Assembly: GCA_021789855.1 (NCBI GenBank)
Contig: JAJYIW010000001.1
Coordinates: 1-62,772, forward strand
From: Chloroflexota bacterium
GTDB lineage: Bacteria; Chloroflexota; Anaerolineae; Anaerolineales; Anaerolineaceae
Length of the DNA: 62,772 bases
Direction: 5' to 3'
Within the stretch, counting starts at the first letter, position 1. Every line of letters begins with the position of its first letter. Below the pieces are notes generated by a model. It saw only the letters and a program-made list of their open reading frames with translations, made no database searches and was not told the DNA's origin. Position numbers and translations under genes: made by a program. This document shows, in pieces, positions 10,170 through 20,027 of this stretch.

Positions 10170-10260
10170 TCCCTCTCTCAAGCCCGGGAGAGGGAAAGAG
10201 AGCCACAAGCCAGGACACCCCTCTCCGAAAGTTGGGAGAGGGGCCGCGCAACAGTTGCGC
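10170..10260. repeat. Three consecutive GC-rich hairpins (REP-like element) between gmd and the GT2 gene
   Basis: TCCCTCTC-N10-GAGAGGGA (10170-10195). CCCCTCTCC-N8-GGAGAGGGG (10218-10243). GCGCAA-CAG-TTGCGC (10246-10260). The first two share the CCCTCTC/GAGAGGG arm. Confidence 0.6.
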
Positions 10261-10307
10261 CTGGGATGAGGGCTCAAGGAGGACAATGAATCGCTTCAAA
10301 GTGGCCG

Positions 10308-11297
<990 letters not shown>

Positions 11298-11330
11298 TTA
11301 ATGGTCGATCAATCCTTTTTTGATCTGAAC

Positions 11331-11406
11331 GTCATTGCGAGGCCTGTACTTTGGGCCGAAGCAATCTACCTATTAATCCAGATTGCTTCGCTTCGCTTGC
11401 AATGAC
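11331..11406. repeat. 76-nt nested inverted-repeat element (MITE/REP-like)
   Basis: Outer arms are GTCATTGC (11331-11338) / GCAATGAC (11399-11406). Inner arms are CGAAGCAATCT (11357-11367) / AGATTGCTTCG (11380-11390) around a 12-nt loop. It generates the spurious 'CFASLAMT' ORF 11351..11569. Confidence 0.6.
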
Positions 11407-11660
11407 ATTTTTCTCATTTTGCGTGGACTACGTCCGTGCGAGCGACTTGCCGGTGGCAAAACACCTGGATCGAACCTATGCGAATATTTGTGGATGGATC
11501 ACAAATGGGGGTGGTCGTTTCAGAGCAATCTTTGATTGGCACCCATCCGTAGAACAGGCCTTATTATAACATCCATGGATTAGAAAATTATCCGCTATAA
11601 TAGGATCAGGCTGGTAGATCGGTTCGATAGCCCATTCTATAGACCAAAGGTAACCTTCCC

Positions 11661-12641
11661 ATGGCTCAAAAAGCGCTCATTACCGGCATCTCCGGTCAAG
11701 ACGGATCCTACCTGGCGGAATTGCTCCTTTCTAAAAATTATGAAGTCCATGGGACGGTGCTGCGCACCGAGTTAGACGACCCCAGGCGCAGCCTGTGGCG
11801 CATTTATTCCATCCTGGATCAGGTCACGCTTCACCCGGTGTCCATTGAATCCTTTCCTTCCATCTTCCGCCTCATCGAGCGCGTCCAGCCGGATGAATGT
11901 TATCACCTGGCTGCCCTATCGTTCGTCTCCTATTCGCTCGATGACGAGTTTGCCATTTTTAATACCAACCTCAACGGCACGCATTATATGATTTCAACCC
12001 TGAAGGAGCTGGCGCCCAGGTGCCGCTTTTTGTTTGCCGCGTCGGCCGAGGTGTTCGGCCTGGCCCAAACCAGCCCGCAGAACGAGCAGACTCCGTTTCA
12101 CCCGCGCTCGCCCTATGGCATCACCAAGGTGGCCGGCTACCACCTGACCAATTATTACCGCGAAAACCACAAGCTCTACGCATGCAGCGCCATTCTCTAC
12201 AACCACGAGTCCCCTCGCCGCGGCTATGAATTCGTGACGCGCAAGATCACCCGCGGGGCCGCCCAAATTAAGCTCGGGTTGATCAAGACCCTGCCCATGG
12301 GCAACCTGGATGCTATCCGCGATTGGGGTTTTGCTGGCGATTACGTCGAAGCAGAGTGGCGCATGTTGCAGCAAGAACAGCCTAAAGATTACGTCATTGC
12401 CAGCGGCCAGGGCCATAGCGTGCGCGAGCTGTGCGAGCTGGCATTCTCCCAGCTCGGGTTGGATTATCATGATTATGTGGTGTTCGACCAGCGTTTTTAC
12501 AAGCCCGCCGAGACTATCCCCCTGGTCGGCGATGCGACGCGCGCGCACCAGGAATTGGGCTGGTCGCCCAAGGTCTCGTTCGAAGAAATGGTTAAAATGA
12601 TGGTCGACGTGGACCTGGCAGAGCTTCAGGGCAGAAGCTAA
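11661..12641 (+). CDS. GDP-mannose 4,6-dehydratase paralog (SDR, Gmd family)
   Basis: '[25 protein letters not shown]', 'SPYGITKVAGYH' (YxxxK), 'NHESPRRG', 'GNLDAIRDWGFAGDYV'. It is divergent from gmd across a 378-nt spacer. Confidence 0.8.
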   Translation: MAQKALITGISGQDGSYLAELLLSKNYEVHGTVLRTELDDPRRSLWRIYSILDQVTLHPVSIESFPSIFRLIERVQPDECYHLAALSFVSYSLDDEFAIFNTNLNGTHYMISTLKELAPRCRFLFAASAEVFGLAQTSPQNEQTPFHPRSPYGITKVAGYHLTNYYRENHKLYACSAILYNHESPRRGYEFVTRKITRGAAQIKLGLIKTLPMGNLDAIRDWGFAGDYVEAEWRMLQQEQPKDYVIASGQGHSVRELCELAFSQLGLDYHDYVVFDQRFYKPAETIPLVGDATRAHQELGWSPKVSFEEMVKMMVDVDLAELQGRS

Positions 12642-15139
12642 GCCAGTTTCTCCGTCACTTTTTGAATCACGCGAATGAACACATCCACCAGGGCGGGGTC
12701 AAACTGCGTGCCGGCGCAACGGGTCAGCTCGTTGATGGCCTCCTCACGCCCATAAGCCCGGCGGTACACCCGTTCATCGGTCATGGCGCCATAAGCATCG
12801 ACTATCGCCAGCACCCGCGCGCCAAAGGGAATCTGCTCCCCTTTCAGCCCATCCGGGTACCCGGATCCATCGAAATGTTCCTGGTGGGCGCGGATAATCG
12901 GGGCAACGTTGGAGAGCTTTTTAATCGGCGCCACGATCTTTGCCCCTATTTCAGGGTGCAGCTTCATGGTGGTCCACTCTTCCGCACTGAGCGGCCCAGG
13001 CTTACGGAGAATTTCGTCCGGCACGCCTATTTTACCGATATCATGCAGCAGAGCCGCCCAGCGGATGGCTTGCAGGGTCTCATCATTGCAATTCAATTCG
13101 CAGCAGACGGCTTCGACCATCTTCGCCAAGGCATCGCTATGATTATGGATGTAGGTATCCCGGGCATCCATGGCATTGGCCAGGGCCAGGATAGTTTCCA
13201 GGAAGGAATTTTCCATCTGCTCGTGCAAGCGCGCTCGCTGGAGAGCGCTGGCAGCCTGATCGGCAATAGCCGTGATCATCCGCATCTTATTATCATCAAA
13301 CGGCTCACGTCCCACATCACGGCGCTCACCCAGCACCAGCAGCCCCACGGTTTGCTCTCCAATCTGTAGTGGACTCAGGCAAAGGGTCACCGCAAAATCC
13401 AGCATCAAGTCGTGGCGGATCTCGTTGCTCATGGTCTGGTTGTTCCGGTAGAACAGCATCGCCTTCTTCTGCTGGATCACCCGCTGGTAATAGCGACTCA
13501 AGGAAGGGGGTTCAACCCGTCCCAACCCCAGGTCATATCCCAGGGCGCGAATCGGGAAGGCTGCCCGGCACAGGTAGGAGCCATCCTCTTCGATGGTTAA
13601 CACCCGCGCGAAGGTCACCCGCACACTTTTGACCACGTGATGAACCGTGCTTTGGATCACCGCATCCACTTCATCCGTCACCACCAACTGGCGAGCCAGC
13701 TGGAACAGCGTGTCCAATTCCTCTCGCCTGGATTGCTCCGCCGAATAGAGACGAGCATTTTCAATCGACACCGCGGTCTGGTTGGCCAGGGTCATTAACA
13801 AGAGCTCATCATCCTCGGTGTAAGTTTCTTCTGATAATTTTGGGCCCAAAATGAAGATGCCAACCAGCTCATCCTGCACTTTCAATGGAATCAGCAATTC
13901 AGCACCCATCCGGATAAGCGCAGAACGTTCTTCTTCCCACAACGCCTGAAATTGCGGGTTAACGCTCAAATCGTGCCGGGTTAATGGGTGGTCGAGGCCG
14001 GTTAATACCTGGACAATGGGGTGGCTTTTATCCCACCGCATGGCTGGCGCCATTTTAAAACCCACGTGAGCAATCAGGTAAAACTCATCGGTTTCCTGGT
14101 GTTTCAAGAAAAAGGCGGCTTTGCCAATGTGCAACGTGGAGGTGACTTCAGCCAGGAGCATGTGGGTTAGCTTATCCAGGTCCAACACATAGGCGGCTGT
14201 CTGGCTCACCCGTTGGAGCATCAACCTCGCATCATATTTTTCCCTGAAAAACAAACGGTCAATCCAGGACTGGGCTTTATCTCTTACCGGCTGCATCACC
14301 AGGGCCATGATCACCGCCAGGGTCAATGACAAAAGGAAAATTTGGATACCCTTTGGGGGGAAAATATACAAAGCCAATAAAATAACCAGGTAATAACTGG
14401 CGCCGATCACCACGGTTGGGATCGAATAGAGCAACCCCTTGCGCACGACAAAGCTGATATCCAGCAGGCGGTGACGTAAAATGGCAATCGCAATGAGAAA
14501 AGCCGAAATAATATTAAACCCCACATCGGTAGGAAACTGGCTGAGGGGGTAAAACAAGTTACTCATCGTACCGGCCAGAATAAACATCACCACCAGGAAC
14601 AGGTAACGCAACCGGTTTCGATAGAACGAATCCTTGGTACGTCGGTATTCATTGACCAGGTCATAGGCTGAATAAAACACAAAAAAGACCCAGATCAGGC
14701 CGGTGATAACGACCGTCGGACCAAAATGGCTTCCTTGTGGACCATATTGGTTGATCAATAACCCATTCGATACATAGGCAGAGGTGACTTCCAGGCCCAA
14801 GGCATTAAGCACCTGGACGATCGCGTACGTCAGGTAGCCAACGAACAGAATCACCCGGCGATCAATCCCCAGGAATGCCTCTACAAACCCAAAGAGGGCG
14901 ATCGGCATGGCAATCGAGCCGATTAGAAGGAAGCGGTTCCAAAATAGCACCGCCCCGATATCCGGGGTGGTAAATATCATCAGGGACGAAAAGCTCCAGA
15001 TGATCATCGACGCCAGGTAAAGGCCAAAAAAGAACCTTACCTTGCTGCGAATATTCTGTCTTAAAAGAATAAACAATAAGCCGCTATAAACAATTAGCGC
15101 AATAAAAGAAATGACGGTCGAAGCATAAGTCACGATCAT
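12638..15139 (-). CDS. Membrane sensor: 7TM N-terminus, two GAF domains, HD-GYP c-di-GMP phosphodiesterase
   Basis: The N-terminal ~290 aa are polytopic. GAF C-terminal signatures are 'LANQTAVSIENARLY' and 'IADQAASALQRARLH'. HD-GYP motifs are 'ALLHDIGKIGVPDEIL' and 'HQEHFDGSGYPDGLKG'. Confidence 0.9.
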   Translation of the reverse strand: MIVTYASTVISFIALIVYSGLLFILLRQNIRSKVRFFFGLYLASMIIWSFSSLMIFTTPDIGAVLFWNRFLLIGSIAMPIALFGFVEAFLGIDRRVILFVGYLTYAIVQVLNALGLEVTSAYVSNGLLINQYGPQGSHFGPTVVITGLIWVFFVFYSAYDLVNEYRRTKDSFYRNRLRYLFLVVMFILAGTMSNLFYPLSQFPTDVGFNIISAFLIAIAILRHRLLDISFVVRKGLLYSIPTVVIGASYYLVILLALYIFPPKGIQIFLLSLTLAVIMALVMQPVRDKAQSWIDRLFFREKYDARLMLQRVSQTAAYVLDLDKLTHMLLAEVTSTLHIGKAAFFLKHQETDEFYLIAHVGFKMAPAMRWDKSHPIVQVLTGLDHPLTRHDLSVNPQFQALWEEERSALIRMGAELLIPLKVQDELVGIFILGPKLSEETYTEDDELLLMTLANQTAVSIENARLYSAEQSRREELDTLFQLARQLVVTDEVDAVIQSTVHHVVKSVRVTFARVLTIEEDGSYLCRAAFPIRALGYDLGLGRVEPPSLSRYYQRVIQQKKAMLFYRNNQTMSNEIRHDLMLDFAVTLCLSPLQIGEQTVGLLVLGERRDVGREPFDDNKMRMITAIADQAASALQRARLHEQMENSFLETILALANAMDARDTYIHNHSDALAKMVEAVCCELNCNDETLQAIRWAALLHDIGKIGVPDEILRKPGPLSAEEWTTMKLHPEIGAKIVAPIKKLSNVAPIIRAHQEHFDGSGYPDGLKGEQIPFGARVLAIVDAYGAMTDERVYRRAYGREEAINELTRCAGTQFDPALVDVFIRVIQKVTEKLA

Positions 15140-15164
15140 CTGGGGCGCTCAGCATACGGATATA

Positions 15165-16763
15165 TTATCCATGGCGATGGTGGTTGATCTCTAACAACTG
15201 ACTGATCGTGTCATCCGATGGATTCATGTGGGGCGGTTTTAAATGTGCAAGATCTGCGCCAGCCCGTTGCTTTTCAATCATATAAGTCTGGAATGTACCA
15301 GGTTCAAGCACCGTCACCTGCAGCGCTTCTTTTTGGATCATCTTTTCATAATCGGCGTAATAGGAATTTAAACCTTTGAGGGCCTCGTGGACATTCCGTT
15401 GGATAGTATGCTGATCGGTCGCCCCTGAAGGCTCGATATAGAGCCTTAATACTGGCTCGCCGTCCCGGGCCTCTTTGCGGATAGCCCATTCTTTGTATGG
15501 GATACCGGCGTTATGGATGGCTTTCCACACCATCTTTTCATCAATCATACCAGTGAACCCGGCCAGGTCGATGAACTCATCCGAACGACCCACAAAAGAC
15601 ATTTGGGGCAACCGGACGCCGGTTTCTTTATCTTCCAATTCAGGGAATTGGACAATATCATACGTGCGGTAACGAAGCAGCGGCTTTCCATAAAAATTGG
15701 TCAACACAACCTCGTACTTCTTGCCCGGCACGATCTGGCTCATCAGCACCGTTTGAGGGCGGTAGGAGGCATCTTGCTTGTTTCGTTCCAGCTCTTCTTC
15801 TGGGATAAATTCAAGGAATACGCCATCCGGGAAGAAAGTCATATACTTTTTATTCCAGGCCTGGGTCGCAATGGCGCCTTCTTCTGTGCTGCCGTATTGT
15901 TCATACGGTTGTACTCCCCAATAATAAGCAATTTTATCCCGGTACAGCGAGGTATCCGCGCCACCGCAGGGCAAAGCCTTGATATCCCATAAATCCCTGG
16001 GGAGCATCGGGCGTCGTTGGATTTTGCTGCGCATGAACCCTCTGGCCAGGCGATAGAGCACCCTGGGACGGAGCATCGACTTGCTAAGCTTGACCGACCG
16101 CGCGCCTTCGGCGAACTGCTCGCCCATTTTGACCAGCACCGCCGACATGGATCCCAGGATATCAATGCCGGTTTCCATCCCCTGGCTGAATCCAACCTCG
16201 ATCCTTTTCTGAAAATCCATCTCTTCCGTCTCATCCTGGGGCGGAATAAAGTGAAAGTTGAACTGGTCGGCCAGGGAATACAGGACCACCCCGCTGACGT
16301 AGGGACGGGGCGGGGTATTGTAGACCAGGATATCGTGTTCTTTCAGGCGAATCTCCCCCTTCTCCCTGGCTTCTGCCAGGATAATACCCGCCATCACGCG
16401 TTCTCCTAACCGCTTGTAAGCCTGGTAAGTGTAAGGAATCCACTTCATTTCACCCGATCGACCAGACGTATGAGACCAGATATACGTGTCAGGATAATTT
16501 CTCTCGCCATTATCAAAAAAAATCTTGTAATCCTCATAGGTGGTCATCGGTACCCGGCTGCGAAACTCTTCCATATCACCCGGTTTCTGATCGCCCAAGA
16601 AATATCGACCGACGTCATTCCTTGAAATTAACTCTATCTCCTCCATCAGTAATCGCTCTTGAATCAGCATGAATTCATCAATGGTTAGATCTAAAAAACC
16701 ACAATATTTGGTCCAGATCTGGTCTTTATGACCCTGGCGTAAGAGATCTATCGCGATGGACAT
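15165..16763 (-). CDS. GH3-family (auxin-responsive-promoter family) adenylate-forming enzyme
   Basis: 'FRSRVPMTTYEDY' followed by 'HTSGRSGEMKWIPYT' (the TSGTTG-like adenylation loop of GH3 proteins). Size is about 530 aa. I chose ATG 16763 (GAGAGGAA upstream) over the track's TTG start at 16799. Confidence 0.7.
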   Translation of the reverse strand: MSIAIDLLRQGHKDQIWTKYCGFLDLTIDEFMLIQERLLMEEIELISRNDVGRYFLGDQKPGDMEEFRSRVPMTTYEDYKIFFDNGERNYPDTYIWSHTSGRSGEMKWIPYTYQAYKRLGERVMAGIILAEAREKGEIRLKEHDILVYNTPPRPYVSGVVLYSLADQFNFHFIPPQDETEEMDFQKRIEVGFSQGMETGIDILGSMSAVLVKMGEQFAEGARSVKLSKSMLRPRVLYRLARGFMRSKIQRRPMLPRDLWDIKALPCGGADTSLYRDKIAYYWGVQPYEQYGSTEEGAIATQAWNKKYMTFFPDGVFLEFIPEEELERNKQDASYRPQTVLMSQIVPGKKYEVVLTNFYGKPLLRYRTYDIVQFPELEDKETGVRLPQMSFVGRSDEFIDLAGFTGMIDEKMVWKAIHNAGIPYKEWAIRKEARDGEPVLRLYIEPSGATDQHTIQRNVHEALKGLNSYYADYEKMIQKEALQVTVLEPGTFQTYMIEKQRAGADLAHLKPPHMNPSDDTISQLLEINHHRHG

Positions 16764-16825
16764 ACCATTCCTCTCAAAATCAATCTGAGCTAATTCCAAT
16801 AAAACTGGAATCGATGACGATTGGT

Positions 16826-17551
16826 TTACCCAAGCCCTTTCCTCGCAGCCATAACGAGAGGCGCAGGCGCCCAGTTATGGCTTTTGGGTAGCCGGGTAAT
16901 ATCAATCTGGGTGAATTCATAGTCTGCCAGTTTCGTTCTCCACTCTTCAGGGGTTAATACGTGAGATAAGGCCCCGGCCTCGGATCTGGCCCGGGCAAAA
17001 CCCTCCTTTGGCCAAAAATACAGGAATGTTCCCAACCGGATCAACGTCCGGATGCCTGGCAGGCGCCAATTGGCCGCGCCTCCCACGTCTGCAATGGTCA
17101 GCCGTCCACCGGGTTTCAGAATTCGCCTCATTTCGGCCAAAACAACTGGAACGTCCAGGTGATGGGTGGCCAGGCCACATAATATGACGTCAAAATAATT
17201 ATCCTTAAACGGCATAGCCATGGCTGAGCCACAGGTCAATGCGATACAAGTCGGTTTTCCAAGGGCGGCAATCCTTTGCTGGCCCCGCTTCAACATCGCC
17301 TGGGTGATGTCCAGGCCGACCACCTGTCCCTTGATCTTTCCCTGTTCAACCAGCTTGATCGGGATGACGGACGTGCCGGTGGCCACATCCAGCACCACGT
17401 CTTCTTCAGCCATTGGCGTCATCGCAATCAGGTTTTCAATAAATCCGTCGTAACTCCAGCCCCAAAATCTCTTTAATTCGCCATCGACTACTTTCTCGTA
17501 GCGAGGGGCCAGGTCAGTAAAAGCTGAGATAATGGCTTGTTTTTCACTCAT
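16826..17551 (-). CDS. Class I SAM-dependent methyltransferase (Methyltransf_11/UbiE-like)
   Basis: 'VLDVATGTSVIP' motif I, 'FDVILCGLATHHL' and 'LKPGGRLTIADV'. Confidence 0.85.
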   Translation of the reverse strand: MSEKQAIISAFTDLAPRYEKVVDGELKRFWGWSYDGFIENLIAMTPMAEEDVVLDVATGTSVIPIKLVEQGKIKGQVVGLDITQAMLKRGQQRIAALGKPTCIALTCGSAMAMPFKDNYFDVILCGLATHHLDVPVVLAEMRRILKPGGRLTIADVGGAANWRLPGIRTLIRLGTFLYFWPKEGFARARSEAGALSHVLTPEEWRTKLADYEFTQIDITRLPKSHNWAPAPLVMAARKGLG

Positions 17552-17560
17552 GCGTCGTGT

Positions 17561-19810
17561 CTATTGATCTTCCTCCTTAAATACGCAGACCTTATTCCCA
17601 CCGTCCTTCTTCGCCAGGTGGACGGCGTAATCCGCACTATCGACCAGTTTAGCAATGTTGGGGCTTTCGCTGGATAAGCTGGCAGTTCCCAGGCTGACCG
17701 TGATATGGATCGGACCGGCTGTGGTCGTAATCGGCATCCGGGCAATGTGTTTTCGTAGCCGCTCAGCAATTAACTGTGCTTCCTCCGGCCCGGCTTCTGG
17801 TGATATGATGGCAAATTCTTCACCGCCATATCGTCCTAAAACATCCACTTCCCGTATGTTGGCTTTACACCGTTCCGCGACAACCCGCAGCACCTGGTCG
17901 CCGACTGCCATTCCGTAAGTTTCGTTAATCCGCCTGAAAGAATCCAGGTCGAGAACGATAACCGATAAGGGCCGGTTATACCGCTGTGCACGGTTAAACT
18001 CTCGCGTTGCCAGGTCCAGTAAATAGCGCCGGCTAAAGAGACCTGTCAGGTCATCAATGATCGCCAGTTGCTGGTTTTCACTCCATAAACGCGCGTTCTC
18101 GAGGGCCAGGGCCGCCTGGCCAGCAAAAATAACGAGCCCTTCAGCGTGGCTGCGTTCGTAAAAACCTGCTTCCAGTTTCGATAGAGAAAAGCAGGCCACC
18201 ACTTTTCCTTTTACCACGATCGGTGCCCCGACCCATGAGCCGATCGGCGCCGGGCTTTGCAGCCAGTCCGAGCCTGCAGGAACCACTGAAAGGGCCAACG
18301 GTTGGGCCGAATCCAGCATGTAATAAATATGCGATGAAGCTGAAATATTGAAGGGAGAGCTTTTCAATAACAGCGCTGTTTCAGGGGCTAACGACTCATG
18401 ATAACGGGTCCGCACAATGCGCAAGCGCCCGCCTTCAACCAGCAGGATATTGGCAATATCATACGGCACCACCCTCCCAATCTGATCGAGCAACAGATCC
18501 AGAATGTTATCGAAATCCTGGGTCGTGCTGAGCACAGTACCGATATCTCTCAGGGCGCCAGCTAACTGGTGCTGCTCTCGTTCAACCACAAAAAGGCGGG
18601 CATTTTCTATCATCACGGCTGCATGGCTGGCAAATACCTGCGCCATTCTGGCGTATTCCCCTTTCCCATAAACACCAGCTTCCAGGTTCCCCATGGTCAG
18701 GCAACCAATCGTCACACCCCTGGTGATTAACGGGACACCCATCCAGCTCCGAGTATCCGCATTGACCCCATAGCCCTTATACCGGTAATCCTTTTTCGCA
18801 TCGTCCAGGGTTAAGGGGCAACGGGTTTGCTTCAGCTCAAGGAATAATTCATCCTCTTCAATTGGCACCTTGAAATTAATCACGTCATTGGGGTTGGTTA
18901 TCCCCTGGGTGGCTACAACGACCAGGGCATTATCCTTTACCAAAAAAACAGATGCAGAATCGTAGGGGACGACATTTTCCAGGCGAGTTAAGATATTTTC
19001 AAGAACCGGGTGTAAATCCAGGTCTGAGGTTAATTCGGCCAGCGCTTTCTGTAAAGTATCGGCTTCATAACGGCGCTGCGCTTCATAAGTCAAGAGCAAT
19101 GTATTTTCAATCGCCACAGCCATCTGGCTGGCCAGGATGGCCAGGGTTTGCCGGTCAGCGCGGGTATAGCGGGACGCGGGGCTTTTAGGGCCAAGCGCCA
19201 AAATGCCTACCAGCTTGCCCATCGTTTTCAAGGGAATATATAAACTGGCCCCAATCTGGTCCAAATCTTCGCTCTCCTGTTGCCAGAGGGCGCGAAATTG
19301 CGGCATTAACGCCAGGTCTGAATGGGTGATCGGCTCATCCCGGTGAGTAAAATAATAAACCATGGGATGCTGAGAGTTAATCCGGATGGGATCAGAGGTT
19401 ATCCCAATTTTTTCGGTCAGGATGAAATCATCCGTCTCTGCCTTTTTGAGGAAGAGAGCTGCCCGCTGGATTTGAAACATAGCAGTGATTTCAGTGATAA
19501 AGGCCATCGCTATCTCATCCAGATCCGTCTTGAACGCATTTGAGGTATTGAGCCGTTTCAGCGCCTGGCTCACATCGCGCCGTTCTCTCAATAATAATCG
19601 GCCTATCTTATGGCGTAAGTGCACAGCCAAAATCAGCACAGCCACCCCAAAAGCGATCAAGAGGGCTACCGTCCAGGAATGAAAGATCACCGGATCGACT
19701 CCGCCGCCATCCAGTAATATTTCGCTCCTGAACAGGGGTATCGGATGGCTCAGATGAGGGAAGGCTATTACAGAAATCAAAACTTCATGGGGCATCATTA
19801 GAATCGGCAT
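17561..19810 (-). CDS. Membrane-anchored triple-GAF diguanylate cyclase (GGDEF) with intact I-site
   Basis: Three GAF ends: 'ASQMAVAIENTLLL', 'ASHAAVMIENARLF', 'AGQAALALENARLW'. 'REVDVLGRYGGEEFAII' equals RxxD-x5-GGEEF. Confidence 0.9.
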   Translation of the reverse strand: MPILMMPHEVLISVIAFPHLSHPIPLFRSEILLDGGGVDPVIFHSWTVALLIAFGVAVLILAVHLRHKIGRLLLRERRDVSQALKRLNTSNAFKTDLDEIAMAFITEITAMFQIQRAALFLKKAETDDFILTEKIGITSDPIRINSQHPMVYYFTHRDEPITHSDLALMPQFRALWQQESEDLDQIGASLYIPLKTMGKLVGILALGPKSPASRYTRADRQTLAILASQMAVAIENTLLLTYEAQRRYEADTLQKALAELTSDLDLHPVLENILTRLENVVPYDSASVFLVKDNALVVVATQGITNPNDVINFKVPIEEDELFLELKQTRCPLTLDDAKKDYRYKGYGVNADTRSWMGVPLITRGVTIGCLTMGNLEAGVYGKGEYARMAQVFASHAAVMIENARLFVVEREQHQLAGALRDIGTVLSTTQDFDNILDLLLDQIGRVVPYDIANILLVEGGRLRIVRTRYHESLAPETALLLKSSPFNISASSHIYYMLDSAQPLALSVVPAGSDWLQSPAPIGSWVGAPIVVKGKVVACFSLSKLEAGFYERSHAEGLVIFAGQAALALENARLWSENQQLAIIDDLTGLFSRRYLLDLATREFNRAQRYNRPLSVIVLDLDSFRRINETYGMAVGDQVLRVVAERCKANIREVDVLGRYGGEEFAIISPEAGPEEAQLIAERLRKHIARMPITTTAGPIHITVSLGTASLSSESPNIAKLVDSADYAVHLAKKDGGNKVCVFKEEDQ

Positions 19811-20027
19811 AAGCTCTCATCTGAAAATTAAACGATGAGGTCAGGCATTTAAAAATTTCTTGTAATGGGCACGCTTACGGAAAATCCTTATAATCATAGC
19901 ACGAAAAATGCTGAGAACGTAACCATTCACCCCAAGATCTTAAGGGTTTCCAGAATTTTAGCGATCATGAGGTTTTCCAGGTAACCTGGGGTAGCCGTAA
20001 AAATATCTGGCAGGCAGATCGGCTATA

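Noticed and set aside
11351-11569. A 72-aa ORF in the gmd divergent intergenic region.
   Set aside because: Its N-terminal half is just the translation of the palindromic repeat element (11331-11406). It has no RBS and no coding-like composition.
12638-12641. Short convergent 3'-end overlaps of gene pairs: 12638-12641, 29467-29475, 49814-49817 and 57731-57739.
   Set aside because: These are a common consequence of compact high-GC genomes. I saw no evidence of antisense regulation or shared terminators beyond the overlap itself.
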